IMG/VR virus record: IMGVR_UViG_3300032208_000014
Coordinates: 1 to 57,328 of that record
Length of the DNA stretch: 57,328 nt
Origin: a virus
Taxonomy: Duplodnaviria; Caudoviricetes
Reading direction: 5' to 3' (one strand)
The position numbers were made by a program, and so were the translations under genes. Below, piece by piece: positions 10,123 to 19,284 of this stretch. Position 1 is the first letter of the stretch. Each line of letters opens with the position of its first letter. The notes under the pieces were generated by a model. That model was not told the origin of the DNA. It searched no databases and worked only from the letters and a program-made list of their open reading frames with translations.

Positions 10123-10584
10123 ATGAATGACGCAAGAAAACCTCGGTCAACACAAACACGCGAAAAATCTTCGCGCCGCAAGCCTTGGGCACCGCCCAGC
10201 CGCTTAGATGCTCCTGAAGCACCTCCTGGATATCAGCATCGCTGGATCAGGACTGCACTCAGAGGTGAAGAAGACAAAATTAACGTTCATTCACGACTTC
10301 GTGAGGGATGGGAACCAGTCAGAGCCGATGAGTACCCCGGATCCGAGTTTGCTTCTATTGATGATGGTAAGCATGAGGGAGTTATTGGAAACGGTGGGTT
10401 AATGTTAGCCCGAATACCTGAAGAGACAGCGCAGGAAAGAACCGAATATTACCGGGGACGGACCCGCGAACAAATGACAGCTGTAGATCAGGACCTTATG
10501 AAGGAACAACATCCTTCTATGCCTATCACTAATGAAAGGCAAAGTCGTGTAACCTTCGGAGGCCGCACTCGCGACTCCGATTAA
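10123..10584 (+). CDS. Head-module protein
   Basis: 153 aa (HRWIR...GWEPV...LMLARIPEE) between scaffold and capsid genes. Confidence 0.7.
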   Translation: MNDARKPRSTQTREKSSRRKPWAPPSRLDAPEAPPGYQHRWIRTALRGEEDKINVHSRLREGWEPVRADEYPGSEFASIDDGKHEGVIGNGGLMLARIPEETAQERTEYYRGRTREQMTAVDQDLMKEQHPSMPITNERQSRVTFGGRTRDSD

Positions 10585-10603
10585 TTAGAGAGGTATTGCT
10601 ATC

Positions 10604-11239
10604 ATGGCAAATTCCAACGGTGCTTTCGGACTTCGTCCGATTGGTGTAGTCGGTCAGGCTGCAAACACCAATGGTGCGACTGAATATCGTATCGCCTCTG
10701 GAAACACAAACGCGATTTACCAAGGATCCCCTGTTATCCCACTGTCAACTGGTTTTATTGACATTGTTGGCGCGGCTGCTGGTGGATCTGTAGGTCTTGT
10801 TGGTGTGTTCTGGGGTTGCGAATACGTTTCGTCCACCACTGGTGAGAAAATTTTCTCAAACTACTGGCCTGGCTCAGGCGCGGATTCTAACCATCCCGTC
10901 AAAGCCTTCGTGTATGACAATCCAATGCAAACATTCGTTATCGCATCAGACGCTTCATTGACAAATGAAAGCACTGCACGCGGTCATGTGTTTGCTAACG
11001 CAAACTTTGCAGCGGGTGCTGATGGTTCAACAACCACAGGTATTTCTTCTGCTAAGTTGGGTGTCAGCACTATCGCAACTACCAACACGTTACATCTGCG
11101 TATTATGGGTATTCAAGACGACCCTGAAAATGCAGACTTTACCGCTGCTGGTATTGGTTTAATTGTTCGATTGAATAACAGTTTCAACTCACCAAACGGT
11201 GCGATTGCGGCTGGTACTCCATCGACTACTGGCGTATAA
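10604..11239 (+). CDS. Putative capsid decoration / minor capsid protein
   Basis: G/A/T-rich beta-type protein immediately upstream of MCP; GAGG RBS. Confidence 0.65.
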   Translation: MANSNGAFGLRPIGVVGQAANTNGATEYRIASGNTNAIYQGSPVIPLSTGFIDIVGAAAGGSVGLVGVFWGCEYVSSTTGEKIFSNYWPGSGADSNHPVKAFVYDNPMQTFVIASDASLTNESTARGHVFANANFAAGADGSTTTGISSAKLGVSTIATTNTLHLRIMGIQDDPENADFTAAGIGLIVRLNNSFNSPNGAIAAGTPSTTGV

Positions 11240-11251
11240 GGAGACTGAGTA

Positions 11252-12163
11252 ATGGCTATTTCACGCGCACAACTCGCGAAAGAGCTTGAGCCTGGTCTTA
11301 ACGCTCTTTTTGGCATGGAGTACAATAGGTACGAAAACCAACATGCCGAAATTTTCACCACTGAGTCCTCAGATCGTGCATTTGAGGAAGAGGTGATGTT
11401 GTCAGGCTTTGGAGCCGCTCCGACTAAGTCGGAAGGTTCTGCCGTCAGTTTTGACGATGCCAACGAAGCATTCACCGCTCGGTACAACCATGAAACCATT
11501 GCACTGGCATTCTCAATCACTGAGGAAGCAGTCGAAGATAACCTGTATGACCGCTTGTCATCTCGTTATACTCGTGCTCTTGCCCGTTCAATGGCTCACA
11601 CAAAGCAGGTTAAAGCTGCATCTATCCTGAACAATGCATTTACCGCTGGCGCGTCAGCTGGTGGTGACGGTGTTGCTCTGTGTGATGCATCACACCCGCT
11701 TACAAACGGCAACACGTTTGCAAACGAACCCGGAACAGCTGCTGATCTGAACGAAACTTCTTTGGAAGACGCTTTGATCAACATCGCAGGTTTTGTTGAC
11801 GAACGTGGCCTGAAAGTTGCACTGCGTGGCACAAAGCTGATCATTCCGCGTCAGCTTCAGTTCATTGCAGAGCGTCTGATGGTGTCTAACCTTCGTGTTG
11901 GAACTGCTGACAACGATGTAAACGCACTTCGGTCAATGGGAATGTTGCCGGACGGCTACGCTGTCAACGACTTCTTGACAGACCCAGATGCGTTCTTCAT
12001 CATGACAGATGCACCTCGTGGCTTCTTGCACTTTGAGCGTGTTCCTCTGTCAACTCAGATGGAAGCAGACTTCGACACAGGCAACATGCGGTTCAAGGCT
12101 CGTGAGCGTTACAGCTTCGGCTTTTCTGACCCACGTTGCGTGTTCGGTTCACCCGGCGCATAA
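11252..12163 (+). CDS. Major capsid protein
   Basis: MAISRAQLAKELEPGLNALFG N-terminus and FKARERYSFG C-terminus are typical of this marine phage group. AAGGAG RBS; followed by a terminator. Confidence 0.88.
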   Translation: MAISRAQLAKELEPGLNALFGMEYNRYENQHAEIFTTESSDRAFEEEVMLSGFGAAPTKSEGSAVSFDDANEAFTARYNHETIALAFSITEEAVEDNLYDRLSSRYTRALARSMAHTKQVKAASILNNAFTAGASAGGDGVALCDASHPLTNGNTFANEPGTAADLNETSLEDALINIAGFVDERGLKVALRGTKLIIPRQLQFIAERLMVSNLRVGTADNDVNALRSMGMLPDGYAVNDFLTDPDAFFIMTDAPRGFLHFERVPLSTQMEADFDTGNMRFKARERYSFGFSDPRCVFGSPGA

Positions 12164-12185
12164 ACAGTTTCCTCCCTGGAGACTT

Positions 12186-12214
12186 AAAGGGCGGCTTTTC
12201 AGTCGCCCTTTTTT
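12186..12214 (+). terminator. Intrinsic terminator after MCP
   Basis: AAAGGGCGGC-TTTTCA-GTCGCCCTTT followed by T-tract. Confidence 0.85.
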
Positions 12215-12281
12215 GTTGTATAGTTACTTATCCCTGACAGTCGCATGGTGCGGCTGACACTAGCCGAGACAGGAGATTAAA

Positions 12282-12764
12282 TTGGCTAATACAACATTTA
12301 ACGGTCCCGTCCGTTCAGAAAACGGGTTCAAGACAATCATCAAAAACTCCACAACTGGTGCTCTCACCAACGAAATGACTTTGTCTACCTACAGCACTTC
12401 AATCACAATCGCTGCATCTGGTACAGATCATAAAGAATCATCTATTGGTATTCCGTCTAACTTTATTCCTATGGGCGTTGCCATCACAGTAACAAGTGCT
12501 GCGGCTAACAACGTGAACTTGGTTGATATTGGCACAGACGCTGACACAGATGGTTTCGTAGACGGCATCGCTGTTGCTATTAACTCAACAGGGTTCAAAG
12601 GTTTCTTCCCTTGTAACGGTGTACTGGGCATGTCTGGTGGAACAACTACCGCTGCTACAGAGACTGCTGACGAAGTTGAAGTTGTGATTTCCGGCACAGC
12701 AGGTGCTGGTGGCGTTGTTGCTCTGAAGTTCTTTGGTATTGCTTCTGATTCACCAACTGCTTAA
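12282..12764 (+). CDS. Virion structural protein (head fibre / decoration-like)
   Basis: MANTTFNGPVRSENGF N-terminus; TTG start with AGGAG RBS. Confidence 0.7.
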   Translation: MANTTFNGPVRSENGFKTIIKNSTTGALTNEMTLSTYSTSITIAASGTDHKESSIGIPSNFIPMGVAITVTSAAANNVNLVDIGTDADTDGFVDGIAVAINSTGFKGFFPCNGVLGMSGGTTTAATETADEVEVVISGTAGAGGVVALKFFGIASDSPTA

Positions 12765-12776
12765 TAGGAGGCTGAC

Positions 12777-13049
12777 ATGGCTGCTTCTATTACAGCAAAA
12801 ACAGCAACAGCTACAGGCACCTTGCTTGGTGGCAGAACTCGTCTAAAAGCGTTCTATGTAAAGACCGCTGGTAGTGGTTCACCTGCGGTTGTTTTTAAGA
12901 ACGGTTCTGGTGGTGCAACATTGTTGTCAATGGTCTTTCACACATCTGATGATAATCAGATAACAATACCCGATCACGGTATTGTGTTTGATGATGAATG
13001 CCATGTTACGTTGACCAACGTAGACTCAATTACAGGGTTCTTCGGCTGA
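12777..13049 (+). CDS. Small structural protein
   Basis: AGGAGG RBS; 90-aa beta-rich protein. Confidence 0.7.
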   Translation: MAASITAKTATATGTLLGGRTRLKAFYVKTAGSGSPAVVFKNGSGGATLLSMVFHTSDDNQITIPDHGIVFDDECHVTLTNVDSITGFFG

Positions 13050-13336
13050 TGGCACGCGCCCCGAAAAAGATGCCGAAACGAAACAAGAAAAATTTCCGCC
13101 CCACTGAAAAAGGGGCGGGAATGACTAAAGCTGGTGTCAAGGCTTACCGCCGTGCCAATCCTGGGTCAAAGTTAAAGACGGCTGTTACGGGCAAAGTAAA
13201 GAAAGGCTCGAAAGCAGCAAAACGCCGCGCATCATATTGTAGCCGTTCAAAAGGGCAGATGAAGATGCATAATATTAATTGTAGTAAAACACCGAAAAAG
13301 CGCATTTGCGCGGCTCGGCGGAGATGGAAGTGTTGA
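13049..13336 (+). CDS. Highly basic Cys-containing protein
   Basis: TGATG-coupled ATG at 13049; K/R-rich, ends RRWKC. Confidence 0.7.
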   Translation: MARAPKKMPKRNKKNFRPTEKGAGMTKAGVKAYRRANPGSKLKTAVTGKVKKGSKAAKRRASYCSRSKGQMKMHNINCSKTPKKRICAARRRWKC

Positions 13337-13557
13337 ACTTGAACAGCATCATAGGTGGCGCAACGTTAGGATTCATTGGTTGGATAGCTTTTAGCGTGGT
13401 TGATTTGAAGACAGAAACGGCTGTTATAGCTGTTAAAGTTGATCAAAATCATAAAATGTTAGCAGAGCTTTGGGATTATTATCTTCAAGACAGGGTGAAT
13501 AATGACAATATCGCGTGGGCAACTCGCAAGCCAGATATCAAAATCACCTCGAACTAA
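13324..13557 (+). CDS. Small membrane-anchored protein
   Basis: N-terminal TM (IIGGATLGFIGWIAFSVV); start uncertain. Confidence 0.55.
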   Translation: MEVLNLNSIIGGATLGFIGWIAFSVVDLKTETAVIAVKVDQNHKMLAELWDYYLQDRVNNDNIAWATRKPDIKITSN

Positions 13558-13744
13558 GGGGAAGAACATGGCAAAAGACGCATGTTACAAAAAGGTAAAA
13601 GCACGTTACAAAGTTTTTCCTAGTGCATATGCTTCAGGGGCTATCGCAAAGTGCCGCAAGGTTGGAGCGAAGAACTGGGGCACAGGTGGCAAGAAAAAGA
13701 AAAGGAAGTCTAGCAGTGGCAAAAGACGAGGTAAGACCTACTAG
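13502..13744 (+). CDS. Basic protein with MCP-like N-terminus
   Basis: MTISRGQLASQI then DACYKKVKARYKVFPSAYASGAIAKCRK. Confidence 0.7.
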   Translation: MTISRGQLASQISKSPRTKGKNMAKDACYKKVKARYKVFPSAYASGAIAKCRKVGAKNWGTGGKKKKRKSSSGKRRGKTY

Positions 13745-13859
13745 ACCAAAACGTAAGTTTCGTGGAAAGTTAGTAAAGGGCACTGCGGTAGCTCGTGGCT
13801 GCGGTTGTGTTTGTGGTCGCAGGCGCAAAAGAACAAAAGGTGCAGTGGAGCAATCTTAA
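13716..13859 (+). CDS. 47-aa basic protein (ARGCG motif)
   Basis: GTG at 13716 after AAGGA, in frame with track ORF 13623; TAATG-coupled to the next gene. Confidence 0.55.
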   Translation: MAKDEVRPTRPKRKFRGKLVKGTAVARGCGCVCGRRRKRTKGAVEQS

Positions 13860-14140
13860 TGGCTGTTCGTAAAACAAAAAAAGGACTAGCACTTAAACGT
13901 TGGTTCAAAGAGGATTGGAAAGATGTTCGCACAGGCAAGCCCTGTGGCAGGAAGAAAGGGGAAAAACGTGGTGTCCCTTATTGTCGCCCGTCTAAGCGAG
14001 TTTCAAGTAAAACCCCGAAGACATCGGGTGAATTGTCGTCAAGTGAAAAAAAGAGTAGAATATCTCAAAAGAAACGGTTGGGTCAGCCAGCTGGTAAACC
14101 TCGCCGTGTCAAAGCTGTTCGGCGAAAAAGGAGAAAGTGA
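13859..14140 (+). CDS. Highly basic Cys-containing protein
   Basis: LKRWFKEDWKDVRTGKPCGR...YCRPSKRVSSKTPKT; coupled ATG at 13859. Confidence 0.7.
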   Translation: MAVRKTKKGLALKRWFKEDWKDVRTGKPCGRKKGEKRGVPYCRPSKRVSSKTPKTSGELSSSEKKSRISQKKRLGQPAGKPRRVKAVRRKRRK

Positions 14141-14340
14141 TGGGTCATTGTGTTTCAAAGAAATCCAAAAAACGGCAGGGCTTAAAAGATGGCGGTTTCG
14201 TCAGCCCTCGCAAAGCTATGGCTATGGGTTACCAGATGGGTGGGAATGTAGATGTGAAAAGAGCACAAGTATTTGCGCAGAATCTTGGAAATATGATGCG
14301 GGGTTCTGTTCCAATGCGTAAGCCCAAAGGCATGATGTAA
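14137..14340 (+). CDS. Small basic protein with xxGG motifs
   Basis: LKDGGFV, YQMGGNV; coupled on both sides. Confidence 0.6.
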   Translation: MMGHCVSKKSKKRQGLKDGGFVSPRKAMAMGYQMGGNVDVKRAQVFAQNLGNMMRGSVPMRKPKGMM

Positions 14341-15008
14341 TGGCTACTTCAGGTTCAAGAGATTTTGACCTAGACTTTGCTGAACTGGCAGAGGAAGCCT
14401 ACGAGAGATGCGGCTTAGAGTATCGAACAGGATACGATGCTCGTACAGCAAGGCGTTCTCTAAATCTAATGTTTGCCGACTGGGCAAATAGAGGAGTAAA
14501 TCTCTGGACGGTGAAGCAGGGCACTCAAGCCTTGACTGCGGGTACAGCAACCTACACACTCAACAGCAGCTATTCAGATTTGCTTGAAGTTGTTCTTCGT
14601 AGGAGTGGCACAGACTACAATTTGTCTAGAATGTCTCGTTCTGACTACATGTCTCTGCCTAACAAAACCACACAGGGCAGGCCAAGTCAGTTTTTCTTCA
14701 ATCGACAAATAACGCCTGAGATAACACTTTGGGCGACCCCTGAAAACTCAACTGATACGTTGGTTTTTTACTATATACAACGCATTGAAGATGTTGATAC
14801 TTTGGCAAATACAACGGACGCACCTTTTAGGTTTTTGCCGTGTATGGTTGCTGGTTTGGCTTACTACCTTGCTATAAAACGAGCACCAGAGCGTGTTCAA
14901 CTATTAAAAGCCGTGTATGAGGAAGAGTTCCAACGTGCAGCTGATGAGGACGAGGATCGAGTACCGCTAAAGTTACAGCCAAGTATTAGTTATCTTCGTA
15001 TTGTGTGA
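14340..15008 (+). CDS. Head-tail adaptor-like protein
   Basis: EEAYERCG, WANRGVNLW, LWATP, GLAYYLA; position after the head genes. Confidence 0.65.
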   Translation: MATSGSRDFDLDFAELAEEAYERCGLEYRTGYDARTARRSLNLMFADWANRGVNLWTVKQGTQALTAGTATYTLNSSYSDLLEVVLRRSGTDYNLSRMSRSDYMSLPNKTTQGRPSQFFFNRQITPEITLWATPENSTDTLVFYYIQRIEDVDTLANTTDAPFRFLPCMVAGLAYYLAIKRAPERVQLLKAVYEEEFQRAADEDEDRVPLKLQPSISYLRIV

Positions 15009-15583
15009 TGGCAAGATACGCATCTGGCAAAAACGCATACGGTATTTCTGACCGTTCTGGGTTTCGCTATAGACTTTCGGAAATGATCACCGAATGGAAC
15101 GGCGCAAAAGTTGGTCCAGATGAGTACGAGTCAAAGCATCCTCAATTAGAACCAGCTTTTCCTGGGGCTGACCCGCAAGCCCTTTTCAAACCTCGTCCAG
15201 ACACTACTAATGAGGTGGCTGGTCAAGTTCTTTTAATACTAAATCCCTTCCAGTCAGGTGCTTTAGGCTCTAATGTAATTACAGTGTACGAACCCTCTCA
15301 TGGTCGTAGTACATCTGATGTTGTTGTCTTTCGTAAAACGGAGGGATTTGATGGGTTTACAAAAACGTCTTTGGAAAAAGCTACAGGATATGCGATTACT
15401 GTTCTTAACGCTGACTCCTACACAATCGCAATCACTGGAGGTGAAACAGCAACAGTCGGAAACGCACGAGGCGGTGGTGGTCATGCGACCGCTGGGCCAG
15501 GCACAGCGTCAACAACAGCATCGACCTTTGATTCAACAAGTGTTACACTCGATTCGACAAGCAAGACTTATGATGAGGCTTAA
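15005..15583 (+). CDS. Structural protein
   Basis: ISDRSGFRY...KHPQL N-domain plus HG...V.F beta insertion. Confidence 0.6.
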   Translation: MMARYASGKNAYGISDRSGFRYRLSEMITEWNGAKVGPDEYESKHPQLEPAFPGADPQALFKPRPDTTNEVAGQVLLILNPFQSGALGSNVITVYEPSHGRSTSDVVVFRKTEGFDGFTKTSLEKATGYAITVLNADSYTIAITGGETATVGNARGGGGHATAGPGTASTTASTFDSTSVTLDSTSKTYDEA

Positions 15584-16234
15584 ATGGCAAAGCAAACAGT
15601 AGGAATTGGTTCAAACGCGAATGACGGCACGGGTGATACTCTGCGTGACGGCGCAGATAAGATTAATGATAATTTCACCGAAATCTACAATGCGTTGGGG
15701 AACGGCACTACACTAACTGACATCATTGATACAAACGGTGTTATTGACGTTAGTTCTGGTGCAAACAAAATTGTTTTTTACTATGCTGCTTTGACTGATT
15801 TGCCTAGCGCATCAACTTATCATGGTGCGATTGCACATGTCCACGCAAATGCTGGCATGTACTTTGCTCATGGCGGTAATTGGATACGAATAAACGATGA
15901 AGTTAGTGGTCCTATAACTAAATATACAGTAACAGCGGCTACGGGTTCTGCCTATACTTTTTCCGGTCCTGGGGCTACTGCTGGCAACAATCCTAACTTT
16001 ACCTTTTATAAAGGTCACACATACTTAATAGACAACTCTTCCTATGTTACTAGCCACCCTTTGCAGATACGGACATCTAATGGCGGCTCTGCTTTTACAA
16101 CAGGGGTCACAGAAAACTATAACAGCACCGCTGGGCTGACTCAGTTTATCGTGCCACATGAGCCTAGTGATACTTCGCTAGTATATCAATGCACTGTTCA
16201 CAGCAGCATGGTTGGAAACATAACAATAGTATAG
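15584..16234 (+). CDS. Fibre-like protein with T4 baseplate-type N-terminus
   Basis: MAKQTVGIGSNANDGTGDTLRDGADKINDNFTEIY; C-terminal HPL...YQCTVHSSMVG cupredoxin-like motif. Confidence 0.7.
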   Translation: MAKQTVGIGSNANDGTGDTLRDGADKINDNFTEIYNALGNGTTLTDIIDTNGVIDVSSGANKIVFYYAALTDLPSASTYHGAIAHVHANAGMYFAHGGNWIRINDEVSGPITKYTVTAATGSAYTFSGPGATAGNNPNFTFYKGHTYLIDNSSYVTSHPLQIRTSNGGSAFTTGVTENYNSTAGLTQFIVPHEPSDTSLVYQCTVHSSMVGNITIV

Positions 16235-16246
16235 TGAGCAAGTGAC

Positions 16247-16894
16247 ATGTCATTTACATATACACAGCTACAAGATGCAATAAAGGATTTCGCGGAAAAC
16301 ACCGAAACATCGTTTGTTACAAATTTGCCCGTGTTTATTCGTGGTGCAGAAGATCGTATTTTTACGATGGTTGATTTAGAACTGTTTCGTAAAAACGCCA
16401 CCTCTGCCCTAACGAGCAGCGATCCGTATCTAAGTGTTCCAACCGATTATTTGTCACCGTTTTCATTACAGATTACTAGCACGGGCAATAAAGCATTTTT
16501 ACTCCAAAAAGATGTAAATTTTGTTCAACAGTATGCGATTGATTACGGCAGTAATGCGGTGCCTCAATACTACAGTGTTTATGATGTTGACAATTTTATT
16601 GTTAGTCCAACTCCTGATAGTAATTACACCGTAGAACTTCACTACTACTACAGACCAGCTAGTATCACCGCTGGTTCTGGATCTGGTACGTCATGGCTGA
16701 GTGAGAACGCCCCTAATGCTCTTCTTTACGGTTCACTTGTGGAAGCGTATACTTACATGAAGGGTGAACAGGACATGATGCAGCTGTATGAGCAACGATT
16801 CTTACAGGAGATTCAACGTCTGAAAGATTTGGCAGAAGCTAGAGAAAATTCAGATGCGTATCGTAGGGGTTTACCCGATAGGCCAAGGACTTAG
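16247..16894 (+). CDS. Tail adaptor / tubular protein
   Basis: PTPDSNYTVELHYY, LLYGSLVEAY pattern. Confidence 0.65.
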   Translation: MSFTYTQLQDAIKDFAENTETSFVTNLPVFIRGAEDRIFTMVDLELFRKNATSALTSSDPYLSVPTDYLSPFSLQITSTGNKAFLLQKDVNFVQQYAIDYGSNAVPQYYSVYDVDNFIVSPTPDSNYTVELHYYYRPASITAGSGSGTSWLSENAPNALLYGSLVEAYTYMKGEQDMMQLYEQRFLQEIQRLKDLAEARENSDAYRRGLPDRPRT

Positions 16895-16903
16895 GAGTAA
16901 CAA

Positions 16904-17332
16904 ATGGCAACAAGTAACGCAGCAACCACTTACCTTGAGAATAAAATACTTAGTTTTATTTTCAAGAATAATGCTGGTTCATTCGCAACACCGGGCGACA
17001 GTATATATGTTGGCTTGGCAACGGCAGTTTCTGACGCAGAGGCTGGTTCATTAACAGAAGCAACCTTTGGTTCGTATGCACGACAGCAAGTGACCGCAGC
17101 TAACTGGACACTGGCTTCTGCAAGCACGGATCAACAGACAGTTACCAACGCAGCTAATATTGAGTTTCCGGCATCAACTGGAACCAGCAATACTGTGACA
17201 CATGCATTTCTTGTAGATGCGGCTTCAAGCGGTAACATTCTGTTTGTTGGTGCGCTGGACGCAAACAAGACTATTGCTACGGGGGATATCTTCCGCATTA
17301 ACGCTGGGAATCTTACAGTCGAGTTGAAGTAA
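16904..17332 (+). CDS. Tail structural protein
   Basis: YLENKIL...YARQ...IEFP...GNILF pattern; AGGAG RBS. Confidence 0.7.
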   Translation: MATSNAATTYLENKILSFIFKNNAGSFATPGDSIYVGLATAVSDAEAGSLTEATFGSYARQQVTAANWTLASASTDQQTVTNAANIEFPASTGTSNTVTHAFLVDAASSGNILFVGALDANKTIATGDIFRINAGNLTVELK

Positions 17333-17712
17333 TGGCTCTTGTTCTGAAAGACCGCGTGAAAGAAACAACCACCACAACGGGCACTGGCACATATACTCTT
17401 GCTGGTGCTGTAGGTGGCTTTGAGGCGTTTAGTCAAATAGGTAATGGTAACACTACCTATTACGCTTGCACGGATGGAACCGACTTTGAGATAGGTATTG
17501 GAACCTACACTGCATCTGGTACAACCTTGGCTCGTACCACAATTTTGCAGTCTAGCAATTCTGATAATGCTGTTAGTTGGTCATCAGGCACCCGCACTAT
17601 CTTCTGTACGTTGCCAGCAGAGAAGATGATATTTAATGACGCGAGTGGAACCGCGCAGAACTTTACAGAACAAGACCCGAATGCGTTGGCATTCGCAATA
17701 GCATTGGGATAG
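17332..17712 (+). CDS. Tail fibre proximal / attachment protein
   Basis: DRVKETTTTTGTG...EIGIGT N-domain; ends ALAFAIALG. Confidence 0.7.
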   Translation: MALVLKDRVKETTTTTGTGTYTLAGAVGGFEAFSQIGNGNTTYYACTDGTDFEIGIGTYTASGTTLARTTILQSSNSDNAVSWSSGTRTIFCTLPAEKMIFNDASGTAQNFTEQDPNALAFAIALG

Positions 17713-17716
17713 AAAA

Positions 17717-18046
17717 ATGGCTAACGCATTTAAAACATTTACAGACACCGCAGTGGGGACAGCCAACGCAGATGTTTATACCTGTCCTAGTTCAACGGAA
17801 ACAACAATTATCGGATTGAACATTGCCAACATCCTAACTGTTTCTATCACGGTAAACGTACAGCTAATCAACAATGATGGCGACAATGTGCATATTGTAA
17901 AGTCAGCTATTGTCCCTGTTGGCTCGTCACTGGTAGCAGTTGGCGGCGATCAGAAGATTGTGATGAACGCTTCTGACATTTTGAGAATAACAGCCAGCCA
18001 AGCATCAGCGGCGGACGTTACCCTGTCTGTATTGGAGATTACCTGA
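17717..18046 (+). CDS. Tail fibre hub / adaptor protein
   Basis: MANAFK...VYTCP...KIVMNASD...SVLEIT small beta protein at the head of the fibre array. Confidence 0.65.
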   Translation: MANAFKTFTDTAVGTANADVYTCPSSTETTIIGLNIANILTVSITVNVQLINNDGDNVHIVKSAIVPVGSSLVAVGGDQKIVMNASDILRITASQASAADVTLSVLEIT

Positions 18047-18258
18047 TGGCACTTAGCACGATTGATACAAATCAGATTAAGGACGGTGGTGTGCATAACG
18101 CAGACATTGCGGCATCAACTACCACTAACCCGTTTCGCACAAACGCTACCAGCATTACTAGCGACCTGACTGTGGCTTCCACAGAAAACGCAGGGGCTTT
18201 TGGACCAATAACCATCTCCGCAACAATCACTGTTAATGGAGTGTTGACCGTTGTCTAG
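18046..18258 (+). CDS. Short fibre connector (hub A)
   Basis: C-terminal FRTN...GPITI..TITVNGVLTVV module, shared with 22022-22750. Confidence 0.7.
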   Translation: MALSTIDTNQIKDGGVHNADIAASTTTNPFRTNATSITSDLTVASTENAGAFGPITISATITVNGVLTVV

Positions 18259-18787
18259 TCGTATTCTTGTAGATGAAATATATGGCAAGACTTCTAACTC
18301 GTCTGCACTAACGATTGGCAGTAATGGTCTTGTTACGCCTAAAGCTGTAGCCTTTCAAGTTGAAGCCACTGACACAGACCAAAGTTATACAGCAAGTGCC
18401 TATGCGAAGATAACTTGGGAGACAGTTACATTAGATACTGGAAGTTATTGGGACACCACAAATAATAGATATACGCCACAGGTTGCTGGTTGGTATTTAT
18501 TTGGTGGCACAGTCAGAGTTCAATTTCCCAGTCTTGTAAACTTTGTTGCTTTTAACATAGCAAAAAACGGCAACACAAGTGATGGCACGGCTTTAATGTC
18601 ACAAATTCAAAACTCTTCTACGGATACTTTTGGCAATGGTGAGTATGCAATGCCCACTGGCATGATTCAACTGAACGGTTCTACCGATTATGTTGAGGTA
18701 TACTTTCAATCTGATGAAGCCGCAACTATTCACGACCACGCTACCAGAAAGTCGTATTTCTGGGGACATCTTGTTCACGCAACTTAG
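18251..18787 (+). CDS. Receptor-binding module, C1q/TNF-like head
   Basis: AF...YTPQVAGWYLF...LNGSTDYVEV...YFWGHLV; TTG start after GGAG. Confidence 0.7.
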   Translation: MSSRILVDEIYGKTSNSSALTIGSNGLVTPKAVAFQVEATDTDQSYTASAYAKITWETVTLDTGSYWDTTNNRYTPQVAGWYLFGGTVRVQFPSLVNFVAFNIAKNGNTSDGTALMSQIQNSSTDTFGNGEYAMPTGMIQLNGSTDYVEVYFQSDEAATIHDHATRKSYFWGHLVHAT

Positions 18788-18795
18788 GAAAAACA

Positions 18796-19275
18796 ATGGC
18801 ATCAGAACTGGGCGTACAAACAATACAGCACACTAATGGCACAGATGCTATGACCATAGATAGCAGTGGTCGTATTCTTCAGCCAACTAAACCAGCGTTT
18901 ACAGCACACAGAACAAGTAATCAAAATTCAGGAATAATTATATTTGACACTGCTTTGGTAAACCAAGGTTCGCATTACAACACAAGCAATGGAAAATTTA
19001 CTGCGCCTATAGCAGGTCTTTATCATTTTTCATTTCAGGCTTTAAGCGATAATGACGGAACAGACGCTTATTATAGTGTGTCTTTATATATCAACGGGTC
19101 TTCGTATGCTGTTGAACAAAGTTACACTTACGAAGATAATGATTCAACTGCTGGAGGTTCTATTGTAGCGTCTCTTTCTGCTAACGATTATGTTCAAGTT
19201 CATAGTAGTAAAAAGGTATATGGGTACGCGGCAACCTTTAATTGTACATATTTTTCAGGCTTTCTAATAGGATAG
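18796..19275 (+). CDS. Receptor-binding module, C1q-like head
   Basis: PAF...FD....NQGSHYNTSNGKFTAPIAGLYHFSF...FSGFLIG. Confidence 0.8.
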   Translation: MASELGVQTIQHTNGTDAMTIDSSGRILQPTKPAFTAHRTSNQNSGIIIFDTALVNQGSHYNTSNGKFTAPIAGLYHFSFQALSDNDGTDAYYSVSLYINGSSYAVEQSYTYEDNDSTAGGSIVASLSANDYVQVHSSKKVYGYAATFNCTYFSGFLIG

Positions 19276-19284
19276 AGTAACAGG

